This document shows positions 1-12,347 of a DNA stretch of 64,000 bases, in pieces (positions within the stretch are counted from its first letter, which is position 1; the number at the start of each line of letters is the position of its first letter). The notes under the pieces are model-generated. The model was not told where the DNA came from, searched no databases, and worked only from the letters and a program-made list of their open reading frames with translations. The translations under genes and the position numbers were made by a program. This DNA is from Octopus vulgaris (lineage: Eukaryota), in contig OX597821.1 in NCBI GenBank assembly GCA_951406725.2, positions 83,266,001 to 83,330,000 of the forward strand, in the 5' to 3' direction.

Positions 1-144
1 GCATAACCTGAAAGCTACGACGAAGCCCCCAATTTCAACTTTGAACACCACCACCCCCGCCGATGAAGTCTCTAAAATACCATAACAATTTAATACAAAT
101 TTGCATACCAATAAATTTTTAGAATTAAGTATCTTTAATTTTCT

Positions 145-250
145 CTGGGCCGATGCTCTCCTTGCTTCCGGTTCTTAGGGGCTTGCAATGCTTCCCTGGC
201 CCGATGCTCTCCTTGCTTTCGGTTCTTAGGGGCTTGCATTGCTTCCCTGG
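145..250. repeat. 51-bp tandem duplication (2 copies)
   Basis: ctgg(g/c)ccgatgctctccttgctt(c/t)cggttcttaggggcttgca(a/t)tgcttcc recurs with period 51. Confidence 0.9.
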
Positions 251-914
251 TTTAGAAAAAGGTTTCCAAACCCTGCTGCTGTGTGCTCGCCCAACATGCT
301 AAAAGCAGCTGCTCTGTCTCACTGAAATCGGACTCCCACCGACTTACAAAAGAAAAACGTGGTCCAGAGTTCTCTGCACATAGGGGAAAGCTGGTATGGT
401 CACGGTTGGAATGGCTTTGATCACAGGTCTGCTAGTATTATCCCCACCATTTCACTACCCACCTCCACTTACCGCAGCAACGACGACGATAACACCATTA
501 AGTTATGTTTATTAGCGTTATATTTCTTTTTGTTTGGGCAATTAATCTAGTTTTCTTTGAATGAGAGAAAAATGAAAACTCATTAACAATCAATAATAAT
601 TTACGCTCATATACATATTTAATAAGCGGCATTCATACACACACACACACATGCTGATACAAAAAAAACAAGCTTACTCAATAAAACACAATCTTTGTAC
701 ATGCTTACACAATCCTACATGGACACATGTTTTAACATATGTCCAACGCATGCATACATATTAACACAAAGGCGTACACATACATGCAAACACACGCTCG
801 TATCTTCAGTGAAATACGCTTGCTTACGAAACACTTAGACACACACACTTAAGAATTACATACATACGTGTGTCTTTTACTCGTTTAATTCATTAGACTG
901 TAGTCATGCCAGAG

Positions 915-1333
915 TGGACGCCCAGTGGCTAGGGCAGCGGACACGCGGTCATAGGATCGCGGTTTCGATTCCCAGACCGAGCATTGGGAGTGTTTATTGA
1001 GCGAAAACACCTAAAAGCTCCACAAGGGTGGTGAACCCTGCTGTACTCTTTCACCACAACTTTCTCTCACTCTTTCTTCCTGTTTCTGTTGTACGTATAT
1101 TTCAAAGGCCCAACCTTGTCACGCTGAATCCCCCCGAGAACTACGTTAAGGGTACACGTGCCAAGCTGTATCGGCCTTTGCCTTTCCCTTGGATAACATC
1201 GGTGGCATGGAGAGGGGAGGCTGGTAGGCATGGGCGACTGCTGGTCTTCCATGAACAACCTTGCCAGGACTTGTGCCTGGGAGGGTAACTTTCTATGTGC
1301 AAGTCCATGGCCCTTCATGACCGAAGGGGGTCA
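915..1333 (+). mobile_element. tRNA-derived SINE (mosaic: head shared with 52730, middle with 10062, tail with 61347)
   Basis: A/B-box-like head (cagtggctagggc...ggtttcgattcc); modules match other copies in the window. Confidence 0.75.
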
Positions 1334-1373
1334 CAACAAGTCATGCCGGGATACCGCCTTGAAAGGGTTAGTC

Positions 1374-1629
1374 TAATGATTCTCAACCGGGGTACATACA
1401 ACCCTTGGGGATACATACAGGATTTTGTTAAAGCTTTACGTGCAATAAATTTGTATACTTCTACAAGAAATAGGACATTAGAACTGGGAGGGGGTTGTAT
1501 AGTTCTTAATATATAATTATAAAATACAATATTTAAACATCGAATGACTATGAAGGCCCCAGTAGATAAAATGAGAATCAAAGGGGTCCATAGGTAAAAA
1601 AAAAAAAAACGGTTGAAAATTAATCACTG
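1374..1629. mobile_element. hAT/Charlie-like MITE inserted in a SINE relic
   Basis: Degenerate TIRs taatgattctcaaccg / cggttgaaaattaatcactg; flanking g(g/a)ttagtc duplication. Confidence 0.6.
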
Positions 1630-1818
1630 ATTAGTCGTGCAAATCGATCCAAATGCTTCCTGGTACTTAATTTATACTGAGGGGCTTTAGCTAACCCACT
1701 AAGTTATTGGACACAAACAAACCAACACTGCTCTATATATGAATATATATATACAAGGTTATTTCAAATATATTTGGGGCATACGCACATCTATACATTT
1801 ACATATATAAATACATAA

Positions 1819-1864
<46 letters not shown>

Positions 1865-2045
1865 ATAATAATAAGGGTAAAATTAATTAATTAGTAATTA
1901 ATAATTTTAACAAGCAGTGTTCAGTATGTAAAAGGACCATTTACGGTATATTTAAAACATTACTTTATATAATTAGGGTTCAGCAAAAAAATTTACTTTA
2001 CCACACACCGAACTTTTAGAAATAGCAGCCAAAGAATTTAGCTAT

Positions 2046-2063
2046 TGTGTGTGAGTGTGCGTA

Positions 2064-2115
<52 letters not shown>

Positions 2116-2133
2116 TACGCACACTCACACACA
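2046..2133. repeat. 88-bp perfect palindrome centred on (AT)23
   Basis: tgtgtgtgagtgtgcgtatgc-(at)n-gcatacgcacactcacacaca. Confidence 0.9.
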
Positions 2134-2366
2134 CACATTAGTAAAAGTACAAATATTCTGTGCACATATGTTTGAGTAAAAAAAAAACTGTACAGATAAG
2201 GCAGTGCTCCAGCATGGTCGCAGTCAGATGACTGAAATAAAGAATAAAAGAAGATGAGACCGATAGACTAAAGAAATAAGTACAATGACCGATTTGTTTG
2301 CCTTCAGGGCAGTGTCCCAGCGTTGTCACAGTCCAATGATTGAGACAAGAAACAGAGAGAGAGAGG

Positions 2367-2428
<62 letters not shown>

Positions 2429-2919
2429 AAGAGAGAGAGAGAGAGACCGGTGGAATAGAAAACACACACACGTATTGCTGTAGTAGTAGTAATCGACCAA
2501 CACGGATATATAAACATGTTACTTGACACTTGAGTCAGCTGTTGTTGAACGAAAGGTGAACGAACACACAGACACAACACACAGACACAACACACAGACA
2601 GAGGAACTGAGACGCATTCGATCAAATAAATACGAACACATCCGCATTCATGTTATATAGAAGAAACGAAATAAACATACAAAGAAACACACACACATAC
2701 ACACACATCTTTTATCTTTTACTTCAGTCATTGGACTGCGGCCATGCTGGGGCACTGCCTTGAAGGACTTAATCGAACAAATCGACCCCAGTACATAGTT
2801 ATACTATCGATCTCTTGTGCTGAACTATGTTATGGAGACGTAAACAAACCAACAGTTGTTATCAAGTGGTTATGGGGACAAGCACAAACACGCGCACATA
2901 CATACATACTCTTTTTTTT

Positions 2920-3166
2920 TACTCTTTCACTTGTTTCAGTCATTTGACTGCGGCCATGCTGGAGCAACCGCCTTTAGTCGACCAAATCGATCCCAGGACT
3001 TATTCTTTGTAAGCTTAGTACTTATTCTATCGGCCTCCTATGCCGAACCGCTAAGTAACGGGAGCGTAAACACACCAGCATCGGTTGGCAAGCGATGTTG
3101 GGTGGGGACAAACACAGACACACAAACACACACACACACGCATTCATATATATATGTATATATGTA

Positions 3167-3227
<61 letters not shown>

Positions 3228-3245
3228 GTATATGCGACGGGATTT
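2920..3245 (-). mobile_element. SINE family A (3' half)
   Basis: Matches the reverse complement of the 7527-7924 tail region (cttgtttcagtcatttgactgcggccatgctggagc...). Confidence 0.8.
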
Positions 3246-3448
3246 TTTTAGTCCTAGGGTTGATTTCTTTGATTAAAAAAAAACAGTGCTCCAGCATGGC
3301 CACAGTCTGAAACAAGTAAAAGAATAAAAGAGTAAAATACAATAGGATCTAAAAAAAAAAACATCGAATGCCTTATGGGGATTCCGTAGAGAAAAACAGG
3401 AATCTCTTTGATCGGTAAAAAAATGGTTGAGAATTAGTTTTAGCTAAA

Positions 3449-3486
<38 letters not shown>

Positions 3487-3822
3487 CTCACACACACACA
3501 CATACACACACACACACACACATACACACACACGCATACACACACACACATACACATCGAACTACCACGAAGTCAAACATTAATGCATTTCTTTGTAGTT
3601 TGTGAAGTGATTATCGAGAATATCACCGAATGCTTCGACCGTTGGTAGCATCTGCGTGGTAGCTCGATCTGCTAGAAATAGCAGCCAGATAGCTCTCAAA
3701 TTATATCGTACAGTTTTAGAAATATAAAATCGCGTAAGATAATATAGCTTTACAGATTGTGCTTGGAGTGGGGTGGGGGAATACGGGATGGTCACGGCTG
3801 GAATGCTTTTGATCATTGCGGG

Positions 3823-3994
3823 CACTAGCGTAGCTGGGGTGGAAGTGAGGCGATAGGGGCGGTCCGCCCCGAGCAGCACTTTTAAAGGGGCGGCACTTTT
3901 GGGTTTGTTGTAGGCAATATGTGTTTTTTGTGGGCTCCGAGGGCGGCGAATGGAAGGGCCACCCCGGGCGACACACACTCTAGCTACTCTAGTG
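3823..3994. mobile_element. hAT-type MITE nested in another repeat
   Basis: TIRs cactagcgtagct / agctactctagtg (12/13); 8-bp TSD attgcggg / attgtagg. Confidence 0.8.
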
Positions 3995-4209
3995 ATTGTA
4001 GGCCTGCTTGCTCGATCAGAGCAAATTTGAGTTTAAACAAGAGCAAACCACAAGTGGTTGGTATTTTATGTTTTGTCAGTTACGCGAACTTCCCGAATTT
4101 CTCGGTTTTTTGTTAGGATTTTGGCGGGGGTGGGGTATTTCTATCAGAAGTATTTCAGGATGTGGAATGCTATAAAATGACAAATAATAATAATAATAAT
4201 AATAATATA

Positions 4210-4700
4210 ACAGATTGGAAGTGTTATCATGTACATTGTTTTGTCTTAGTATAAAAGATGGGTTAACAGCAAATATTCTGCTCAATACCACAGATTTGCT
4301 TGTCAGTTGTTTGACCTTAACCAGTTGAACATGTCCCTTAGTGGCTGACGATGTGTGCATCTCTGATCATGAGCAGAAGTGTGTGTTGAAAGAAATTCTT
4401 TGGGGTTTGAATAATTCAGCTCTGGAAACATGGGTGTTTCATTCAACATCCTTAAACAACCCTTATTCAGGGACCTATTGAGTGGGATGGGCTACTCAAC
4501 CTGAAGAAAATTCTAACTGGGCCCCACCTGCAAGGTCATGAGCTGTTTATCTTGATATGAGATCACCATGTCGCGCAATTATGGTTGTGATGCATGTGCC
4601 TAGTATACCCTTATCAGACGGGTAGTCATGATGGGTATACTGGGCTTCGTATATTTTACCCCAGTGTCACTTTGATGGCATGCACTGCTCTTTCACTCAA
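4210..4700 (+). mobile_element. (TAA)n-embedded non-autonomous element (putative R4/Dong derivative)
   Basis: Homologous to 6982-7365 and 35510-35685; flanked on both sides by (TAA)n. Confidence 0.7.
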
Positions 4701-4705
4701 TAATG

Positions 4706-4783
<78 letters not shown>

Positions 4784-4919
4784 TATAAAAATAAAAAGGA
4801 AAAATGTCATTTTAATCGAGAAAAGTTCTATGAAATGGGGATGGGATATGAATTTTTTTTCTCTTTAAAAATGCAGTGTTTCAAAATGTGGGATACTTAA
4901 CATGAGGAATAATAACAAT

Positions 4920-5125
4920 AATCCTTTCCACTGAAGGCACAAGGCCTTGAAATTTTGGGAGAGGAGACTAGTCGATTACATCGACCTCAGTGTTTCACTG
5001 GTACTTAATTTATCGACCCCAAAAAGATGAAAGGCAAAGTCGCCCTCTGCGGAATTTGAACTCAGGACTTAGCGACGGGTAAAATACCGCTAAGCATATT
5101 GCCCGGCATGCTAACGATTCTGGCC
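4920..5125 (-). mobile_element. SINE family B
   Basis: Core tatcgaccccgaaaggatgaaaggcaaagtcgacctcggcggaatttgaactcag recurs many times in the window. Confidence 0.8.
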
Positions 5126-5129
5126 TCGA

Positions 5130-6546
5130 TAGGTGTGCTAAGGAAATTTTTGTAAGTGACAAGCTCAGACACGGCTTCCATTGAATTAGATATCAACATT
5201 ACCATCGAGGAACTTGACCCATAAGACAATTGTAAATACATTGGAATAAACGAAGGAGATGCTACTATGAAGGAAAAAATAAGAATGGATTACTGTAGGA
5301 GAATAAAACTTGTACTGAAAACCGAACTCAACTTGAAAAGTCGCATCGAAACCATTCACACCCGAACACTTACAGTAGTCCAGTACAGTTTTAACATCAT
5401 TAACTGGGTCCTACGGAACTCCAACGCCTGGACAAGAAGAGAAGAAATTTATTGACATCCAAGAACATGCACCACCCTAAGGCAGACATAGACCATCTGT
5501 ACCAGTGAGGGAAGAGGAATGATGCAAGGAATGAAGTTCAAAAGGTAACTTGGCATCAACCATGAATTAGATGGCGAGACTGAATCTACTGCCACCAAGC
5601 AACCAAAACGAATCAAGCAGACTTCATAAAAGAACGGGCAGAAACAAACTATGAAGCTTTGGAGCCAGAAGCCCCTGCATGGACAACACATTCTCCGAAG
5701 CTAAAATGCTGATGTTGACCAAGGAACAACCCATCAGTGGCTGAGAAATTAAGGACTGAAAGTAGAGACTGAAGGCTTTATATACTAGCAGCGCTAGATC
5801 AAAGCTTGCTTATTAGAAATTACCAGGCTAACGTTCTCCAAAATGGCACATTCGACGAAGCAATAGACCACATCGTTTCCGAATGTCCTGTGCTGACACA
5901 AATCAAATGCAGAAATCGCCACGAAAGGGTAGGACAGTGTTTACATTGGAAAATGTGTAAATACTACAAAATCGGTACCTTTGCTTACTGGTATGAACGT
6001 CATCATGAGCCAGATATTGAAGGTTAAAATATCAGTCTTCTGGGATTTTCCAGTCAACACTGACAGAACGATCCAAGTTATTGACCAGACATAATTATTA
6101 AAGACAAGGAAGAAAATACACGCAGACTAATAGATGTAAGTGTTCCCACTGATAAAATCATACCTGCAAAGGAGTTTGACAAACTTAATAAATATAAGGA
6201 CCTAGAAATTGAAATACAAAAGATGTGGAATCTTAAAGCAAAAACTGTTCCTGTAATTGCAGGTGCCCTAATTATAAAAAAAGGGTGTCAGAAACATTAA
6301 GACAACATCCCAGGAGAACCATGTTTCAAGGAAATCCAAAAGATTGTGCTAAGTACCGACACATCCTTAGAAAAACCTTATCAATTTAAATGCTTGTGTT
6401 GTACTACATGAACGTATTTCTCTGCTGCCCTCGCCACTTCCCCTCGCGAAGCTTTCAGCTATATTTCAACATCTGTTAACCTTCACTTGCCCTAGGGCGC
6501 TGGGTGTGTCCCGGCAAGGGATTGCATTGAATATGCTGATTAAAAG

Positions 6547-6550
<4 letters not shown>
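5130..6550 (+). mobile_element. R4/Dong-clade non-LTR retrotransposon relic (RT C-terminus, CCHC, restriction-like endonuclease) with (CAA)n(TAA)n tail
   Basis: Frame-broken peptides HHPKADIDHLY, HIVSECPVLTQIKCRNRHERVG, PDIIIKDKEENTRRLIDVSVP; stops and frameshifts. Confidence 0.85.
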
Positions 6551-6584
<34 letters not shown>

Positions 6585-6599
6585 AATAACAATAATAAT

Positions 6600-6975
6600 A
6601 TAGCTAGAAAAGGTTGGAAAATACGAACTACTAGAAGACGAGCTGGAAAAAGTGGGAAAATACAAACTACTAAAAGATAAAATTTGAAGAAGGTAGGATA
6701 AATAGAGTGGCTTTTATCGCAGCAGTTTTAGGGGCATTGGGGACACTAACAACCAAGTTCGAGAAATATGTCAGAGAAATTGGAATTGACATGAGAGCAG
6801 AGCATCCACCCAAAATTGTTCTATTGGGGACAGCTAGGATTTTGAGACTGGTGCTTGGGTGATGAGTATCTTCCATGCAACTTAACGCATAAGTACCAAA
6901 TCTTATAATCTTCTGCTTCACAGAATTATCTAGAACGAGTAAGATTGAGAACTCTGATAAGTAAAATATAATAAT
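6600..6975 (+). mobile_element. Second R4/Dong-like 3' fragment
   Basis: VLGALGTLTTKFEKYVREIGI...VLLGTARILRLVLG terminal motif, similar to 51881-52170. Confidence 0.7.
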
Positions 6976-6981
6976 AGTAAC

Positions 6982-7365
6982 AATGCCCTGATGCAGTACC
7001 AAGCAATGACTCCCATGGCTTCTGATCTTAACTGAGTGGAAGTGTTAATATATTTTGTCTTGGTCTAAAAAAATGGGCTGCAGTAAATACTCTGCTCAAT
7101 ACCGCGGATTTGCTTGTCACGTGCTTGACCTTCGCCATTTGAGCATGTCCCATAGCGGTTTACAGTATGTGCATCTCTGATCACGAACAGGAGTAGTGGT
7201 GAAGCACCGTAGCCATGTGTTGAGAGGACTTATTTGGAGTTTGAATAATTCACCTCTGGAAATATGGGTGTTTCGTTCATCATCCTTAAACAATCCTTAC
7301 TCATGGACCCTTTGAGCGGAATGGAATACTCAACCCGAAGAAAATTCAAACTGAGCTCCACCTAG
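6982..7365 (+). mobile_element. (TAA)n-associated element, 5' part
   Basis: Begins aatgccctgatgcagtacc like 35510; body aligns with 4210-4530. Confidence 0.7.
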
Positions 7366-7526
7366 TAATCATCATCATATCTACTATAGGCACAGGGCCA
7401 GAAATTTGGTGGGAAGGGATTTTAGCCGACCCCAGTGCTCAACTGGTACTTATCAACCCCGAATAATAATTTTAGTGGTGGTTACTGTTTCGAAGGCACG
7501 ATAAGGTGGAAGTGTTGAAGAAGAGT

Positions 7527-7696
7527 AGGAGTGGCTGTGTGGTAAGTAGCTTGCTTACCAACCACATGGTTCCGGGTTCAGTCCCACTGCGTGGCACCTT
7601 GGGCAAGTGTCTTCTACTATAGCCTCGGGCCGACCAAATCCTTGTGAGTGGATTTGGTAGACGGAAACTGAAAGAAGCCCTTCGTATATATGTATG

Positions 7697-7786
<90 letters not shown>

Positions 7787-7924
7787 TGTGTCTGTGTTCA
7801 GCAAATGAGACCGATAGAATAAGTACTAGGCTTACAAAGAATAAGTCCTGGTGTCGATTTGCTCGACTAAAGGTGGTGCTCCAGCATGGCCACAGTCAAA
7901 TGACTGAAACAAGTAAAAGAGTAA
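7527..7924 (+). mobile_element. SINE family A (tRNA head, CORE-like ccttgggcaagt, internal (TA)n(TG)n, CR1-like tail)
   Basis: aggagtggctgtgtggtaagtagcttgcttaccaaccacatggttccgggttcagtcc...gactgaaacaagtaaaaga; more than 15 copies in the window. Confidence 0.85.
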
Positions 7925-8476
7925 GACTTTTGGAAATTATAGTGGGTTTCTACAAAACGCGGAAAAATCCCGAAAAATTTCCCTGGGAAATTCTGATTTA
8001 CGTGTGATGGCTTTTCAAAAAGTCCGCTGTTGAATGCTTCAACATAAAAAATAAGGAAGCGAAAAAGAAAGAACGATAATTTTATTAGGGTGTTCCGAAG
8101 GCACAATGGGGGGTGGGGTGGCAGGCAGTTAAAAAAACATGGATTAAACTTCTTTTAGAAGTTCATCCCCAAAGATTTTAAAATGTGGGTAATTATAAAA
8201 AGAGGGAAAATTCCGGGATGGGGGGAACCCCCAGAGGAATCCCGATTCATACGAAGGTACGATGTGGAATGGCAGGCGGTTAAAAGACATGGATTAAATT
8301 TGTCTTCCATTTAGAAGTTTACCCCACAAAGATTTTTAAATGTAGATAACTATAAAATGATGGAAAATTCTGGAATAAAAAAATCTCAGAAAAATCCCGA
8401 CTCGCACGTGACCGGTATTTCGAAAGTCGCTTTCCCACGGTAGTTATATTGTATGAATATACAGATAATACTTGCA

Positions 8477-8541
<65 letters not shown>

Positions 8542-8852
8542 ACGCACAAAAGCGCTCGCGTGCGCGCACACACACATACATACACACACGCTAGTCTTGC
8601 GTCAACCAATATATCAATCACGCACACATACACACTATACATAGACATTGGTGATCGAGTCAAGTCAACAAGGAAAGAACTTCCAGAAATAGATACTCTG
8701 ACATCTGACCTCTTCATTAAAAAAAAAAAAATACAAATCACATTTTCGATAATGTGGTCTAGCACATAGGAGAAAAATGGCGAGATGGTCATTGCTGGAA
8801 TGCCGATGATCATTAGGTCTGCTCCATTAAGTGTTGACTTGGAGCTAAACAA

Positions 8853-8853
8853 C

Positions 8854-8890
<37 letters not shown>

Positions 8891-8927
8891 TAGTAGTAGT
8901 AGCAGTAGTAGCAGCAGCAGTAGTAGT

Positions 8928-8986
<59 letters not shown>

Positions 8987-9012
8987 CGGTGGTGGTTGTG
9001 GTGGTGGTGCTG

Positions 9013-9049
<37 letters not shown>

Positions 9050-9155
9050 CGGTGGTGGTTGTGGTGGTGGTGCTGGTGGTAGTAATAGTAGTAGTAGTAG
9101 TAGTAGTAGCAGCAGCAGTAGTAGTGGTGGTGGGGGTGGTGGTGGTGGTGGTGGT
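8853..9155. repeat. Compound trinucleotide microsatellite (GCA/GTA/GTG)
   Basis: Direct inspection. Confidence 0.95.
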
Positions 9156-9309
9156 TGCAATGGTAACAGCAGCTGCTGAATTAGTGGCCAGAGAGGTCAA
9201 AAGTTAAACGCCGTTGATTGATCATTTACTTAAATAGCAGTGATCATGTCCAGACATGTCCGTCCCGCTTGATAAGCAGTAAACATAGTTATTATTGTTA
9301 TCATGATTA

Positions 9310-10015
9310 GTTAAAGCGGCCGAGGCGGCAAGCGAGCAGGATCGTTAGCATGTCGGACGAACTGCCGTTCTGAGTTCAAATTCCGCCGAGATCGCCCTTG
9401 CCTTTTATCTTTTCAGAATGGATAAAATAAGTACCTCTTGAGCATTTGAGTTGAAAGGATTATTAAGGCGTTTCTGCGCCGGATGAAAGGCTTAGCGGCT
9501 TTTCTTCCGGCTTTACGCTCCGAGTTCAAATGCAGCCGAGATCGACATTGCTTTTTATATTTTCGAGGTCGTAAAATTGGTACCATTTGAACATTAGGGT
9601 CAATGTAATCGATTAGCCCCCTTTCCAACAGTTCAGGCCTTAAGGCGGCGCGCTAACAGAATCGCTAGCATGCCGGATGAAAGTAAGTACCAGTTGAATA
9701 CTGGGGTCAACGTAATCGATTCACCCACCTCTTACAAAATTTCAGGCTTTATACTTATAACAGAGAGGATTATTATTGTTATCATTAAAAGGCAGCGAGC
9801 TGGCAGAAGGCAGAATCGTTAGCGCAACAGGCAACATACTTAGCGGTATTTCGTCCGTCTTCACGTTCTGAGTTCAAATTTCGCTGTGGTTGAATTTGCT
9901 TTTCATCCTTTCGGGGTCGATAAATTAAGTACCAGTCAAGTACTGGTGTCGATGTCATCGACTCTACCTCTCCCTACAAATTCCATGCTTTGTGCCAATT
10001 GTATAAAGGATTATT
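9310..10015 (+). mobile_element. Cluster of 4-5 decayed SINE family B copies
   Basis: Repeated gttctgagttcaaattccgccgag...tttcatcctttcggggtcgataaa. Confidence 0.75.
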
Positions 10016-10061
10016 ATTGTCATTAATATCTCTCCCTGTGGTTCAAAGATAAATTACTAAA

Positions 10062-10391
10062 TAGGAGCACTCCGTCGGTTGCGACAACGAGGGTCCCAGT
10101 TGATCCGAACAGCGGAACAGCTTGCTCGTAAAATTAACCTGTAAGTGGCTGAGTACTCCACAGACATGCTGCATACCCTTAACGTTGTTCTCGGGGAGTT
10201 TCAGCGTGACACAGTGTGTGACAAGGCTGGCCCTTTGAAATACAGGTGCAACTCATTTTTGCCAGCTGAGTGGACTGGAGCAACGTGAAATAAAGTGTCT
10301 TGCTCAAGGATACAACGCGTCGCCGGGAATTGAACTCACGACCTTACGATCATGAGCCGAATGCCCCTAACCACTGAGCCACGCGCCTTCA
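10062..10391 (-). mobile_element. CORE-like tRNA SINE (family C head, tail type 2)
   Basis: Reverse complement: ggcgcgtggctcagtggttagg...gagttcaattcccgg...tccttgagcaagacactttatttcacgttgctccagtccactcagctgg; similar to 41893-42192. Confidence 0.8.
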
Positions 10392-10940
10392 CAAATTACT
10401 AACTAATGGTAACGATGAACGGTTCAACGTCAGATTGTTATTTCGCTTGATTACTCTGTAACTGAAGCTCAAATTTCACAGGAGTTGATTTGACTTTTCC
10501 TCTTCCCGGGGTTTACTCTTGTTATTATTACTTTAACCGTAAACCAACCCTCCTCAAACAGGCCTATGATTCATAGACGTACAACCTTGGCAATCCTTTC
10601 TTTGCGCGTATCGTTTGACGGTAGGGTGCGATTTTATGAGAGCTTGCTTAGCTACTATTTCTACTATTTCAGGCGACCTCATACTCGCTCCTTCATTTGT
10701 TTGCAGCGGCAGCGGCGATACTGTGGGAAACTGTTATTGATGGTAACAATATGTTACTGTTATTGATAGCTAGGCTTGGCAGAGCAGATCTGGAAGCAAC
10801 GATGTTTCAGTGTATATCGGACTAATAATGACGCATGATCTAGTGGTTAGGGGATCAGGACTCAGGATCGTGAGGTCGTAGTTTCGATTCCAAAGTGGAT
10901 AGTGTCATGTGATCTGGAGCCAAATACTTCATTTTATAAG

Positions 10941-11042
10941 CGGGTATGCTAGAGATGACCGTAATGGTATCGGACATCACAGACGTGCAAACGGGTATGC
11001 TAGAGATGACGTCACCGTAATGGTGTTGGACATCACAGACGT
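10941..11042. repeat. ~50-bp tandem duplication next to the CRE relic
   Basis: cgggtatgctagagatgac...cgtaatggt...ggacatcacagacgt occurs twice. Confidence 0.8.
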
Positions 11043-12227
11043 TGACAAGAACTAATGCCTCTGAACGTCTTAAGCGCCACCATTTGGAAGAGATAGTTCG
11101 CTGTCAGGTCCCGGTACTTCAGCGTTTTCTTCGGCTTCGGAAGCAGTGATGCTCCCATTAACTGCAACATCCAGGATGTGGGAAGGAGCAAAGGAGTTGC
11201 AGACAGTGGTGTCCCAAATGAGGCACCTACCTCTAACACAGGGACAGAAGGTGAGACCATGTGGTCTCTTTCCATCACTTCTGAATAACCTCGACGGCTC
11301 CAGAACCCAGGGGGTATTAATCCGAACCATGGCCCATTTAATGATTAGATTTAGCTCGGTGTGACGAGCGAAACCATCGGCACTTAGGCGGCAAGGCAGA
11401 CCGTAAAGATCTGTGGGGTCGAGGGCTTACCACAGTGGTATCTCAGACCCCTACAGACGTCAGTCCCCTCTCTGAGTGCTATGGAGACGCGGAGTTCATT
11501 TAGACTGAGCAGACCTCCAATGTTGGCCACAGGCAGGGCATTAATCCAGTCCCCGAGAATTTTGCACTTGCAAAAAGTAGGCGGCACCTTGAAAATTGAT
11601 CAGAGTTGAAAGTAGCATCTAAACGCAGATTGTTTCATACTCTCTGTTTCCGTCTGTCCTCCACTGTAACCGGAACTGACAAACCCAGCTCTCGCCACTA
11701 TGATAGAGCTTCATCCATCTCCCTGTTGGAATCAGTCCATGTTGGAGAGGAGAGGATGTTGACTACCAAAAAGGAGCAAGCGTAGATGGAGGAAAGAAAA
11801 CAAGAAAGTGATATAGACGAGTACTTGCGCATACCTAGACCGCCAAGCCGTTTTGGCAAAGCAGTCTGGGAAGAGCTTTACATTCGAGTTTCCTGAAGAT
11901 TAGGTCGTCAAAGTATTGGAGGGACGACAATAATCTGTAAGAGGGACTAATTCTCGGAAAATACGACAGTCTAGGAATTGAAAAGTAATTCCTAAGTATA
12001 AAAAACCTTGGCGGGGCTCAATTACTTCAAGGTTTTTTAAAAAGTTGTTCGAGGTTAGCCATTTTGGATCTAAAGATGGGGTCGAAAGCTAGGTCGGTAA
12101 TTGGGGTTCCAAAGGAGCACCACACGGATGAAGGAGGAACCGCGATTGTGGGGGAGGGAGTCAATAAATAGTTTAGTAGTCTCCTCGTGCGATGAAGAAA
12201 ACCAAGATTAAGCACCTGACACCTGGA
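11035..12227 (-). mobile_element. CRE-clade non-LTR retrotransposon relic (RT end plus REL endonuclease)
   Basis: LPKRLGGLGMR; GDWINALPVANIGGLLSLNELRVSIALREG; EPSRLFRSDGKRPHGLTFCPCVRGRCLIWDTTV. Confidence 0.75.
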
Positions 12228-12304
12228 TTAAGCGTTACTATAGCCTAGGGTCGACCGAAGCTTTGTGAGTGGGTTTGGCAGACAGAAACTAAAAGAAGCC
12301 CGTC

Positions 12305-12347
<43 letters not shown>

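Noticed and set aside
8319-9207. 293-aa Thr-rich and 140-aa Val/Ala-rich ORFs
   Set aside because: Translations of trinucleotide and GA microsatellites; open in several frames with no domain
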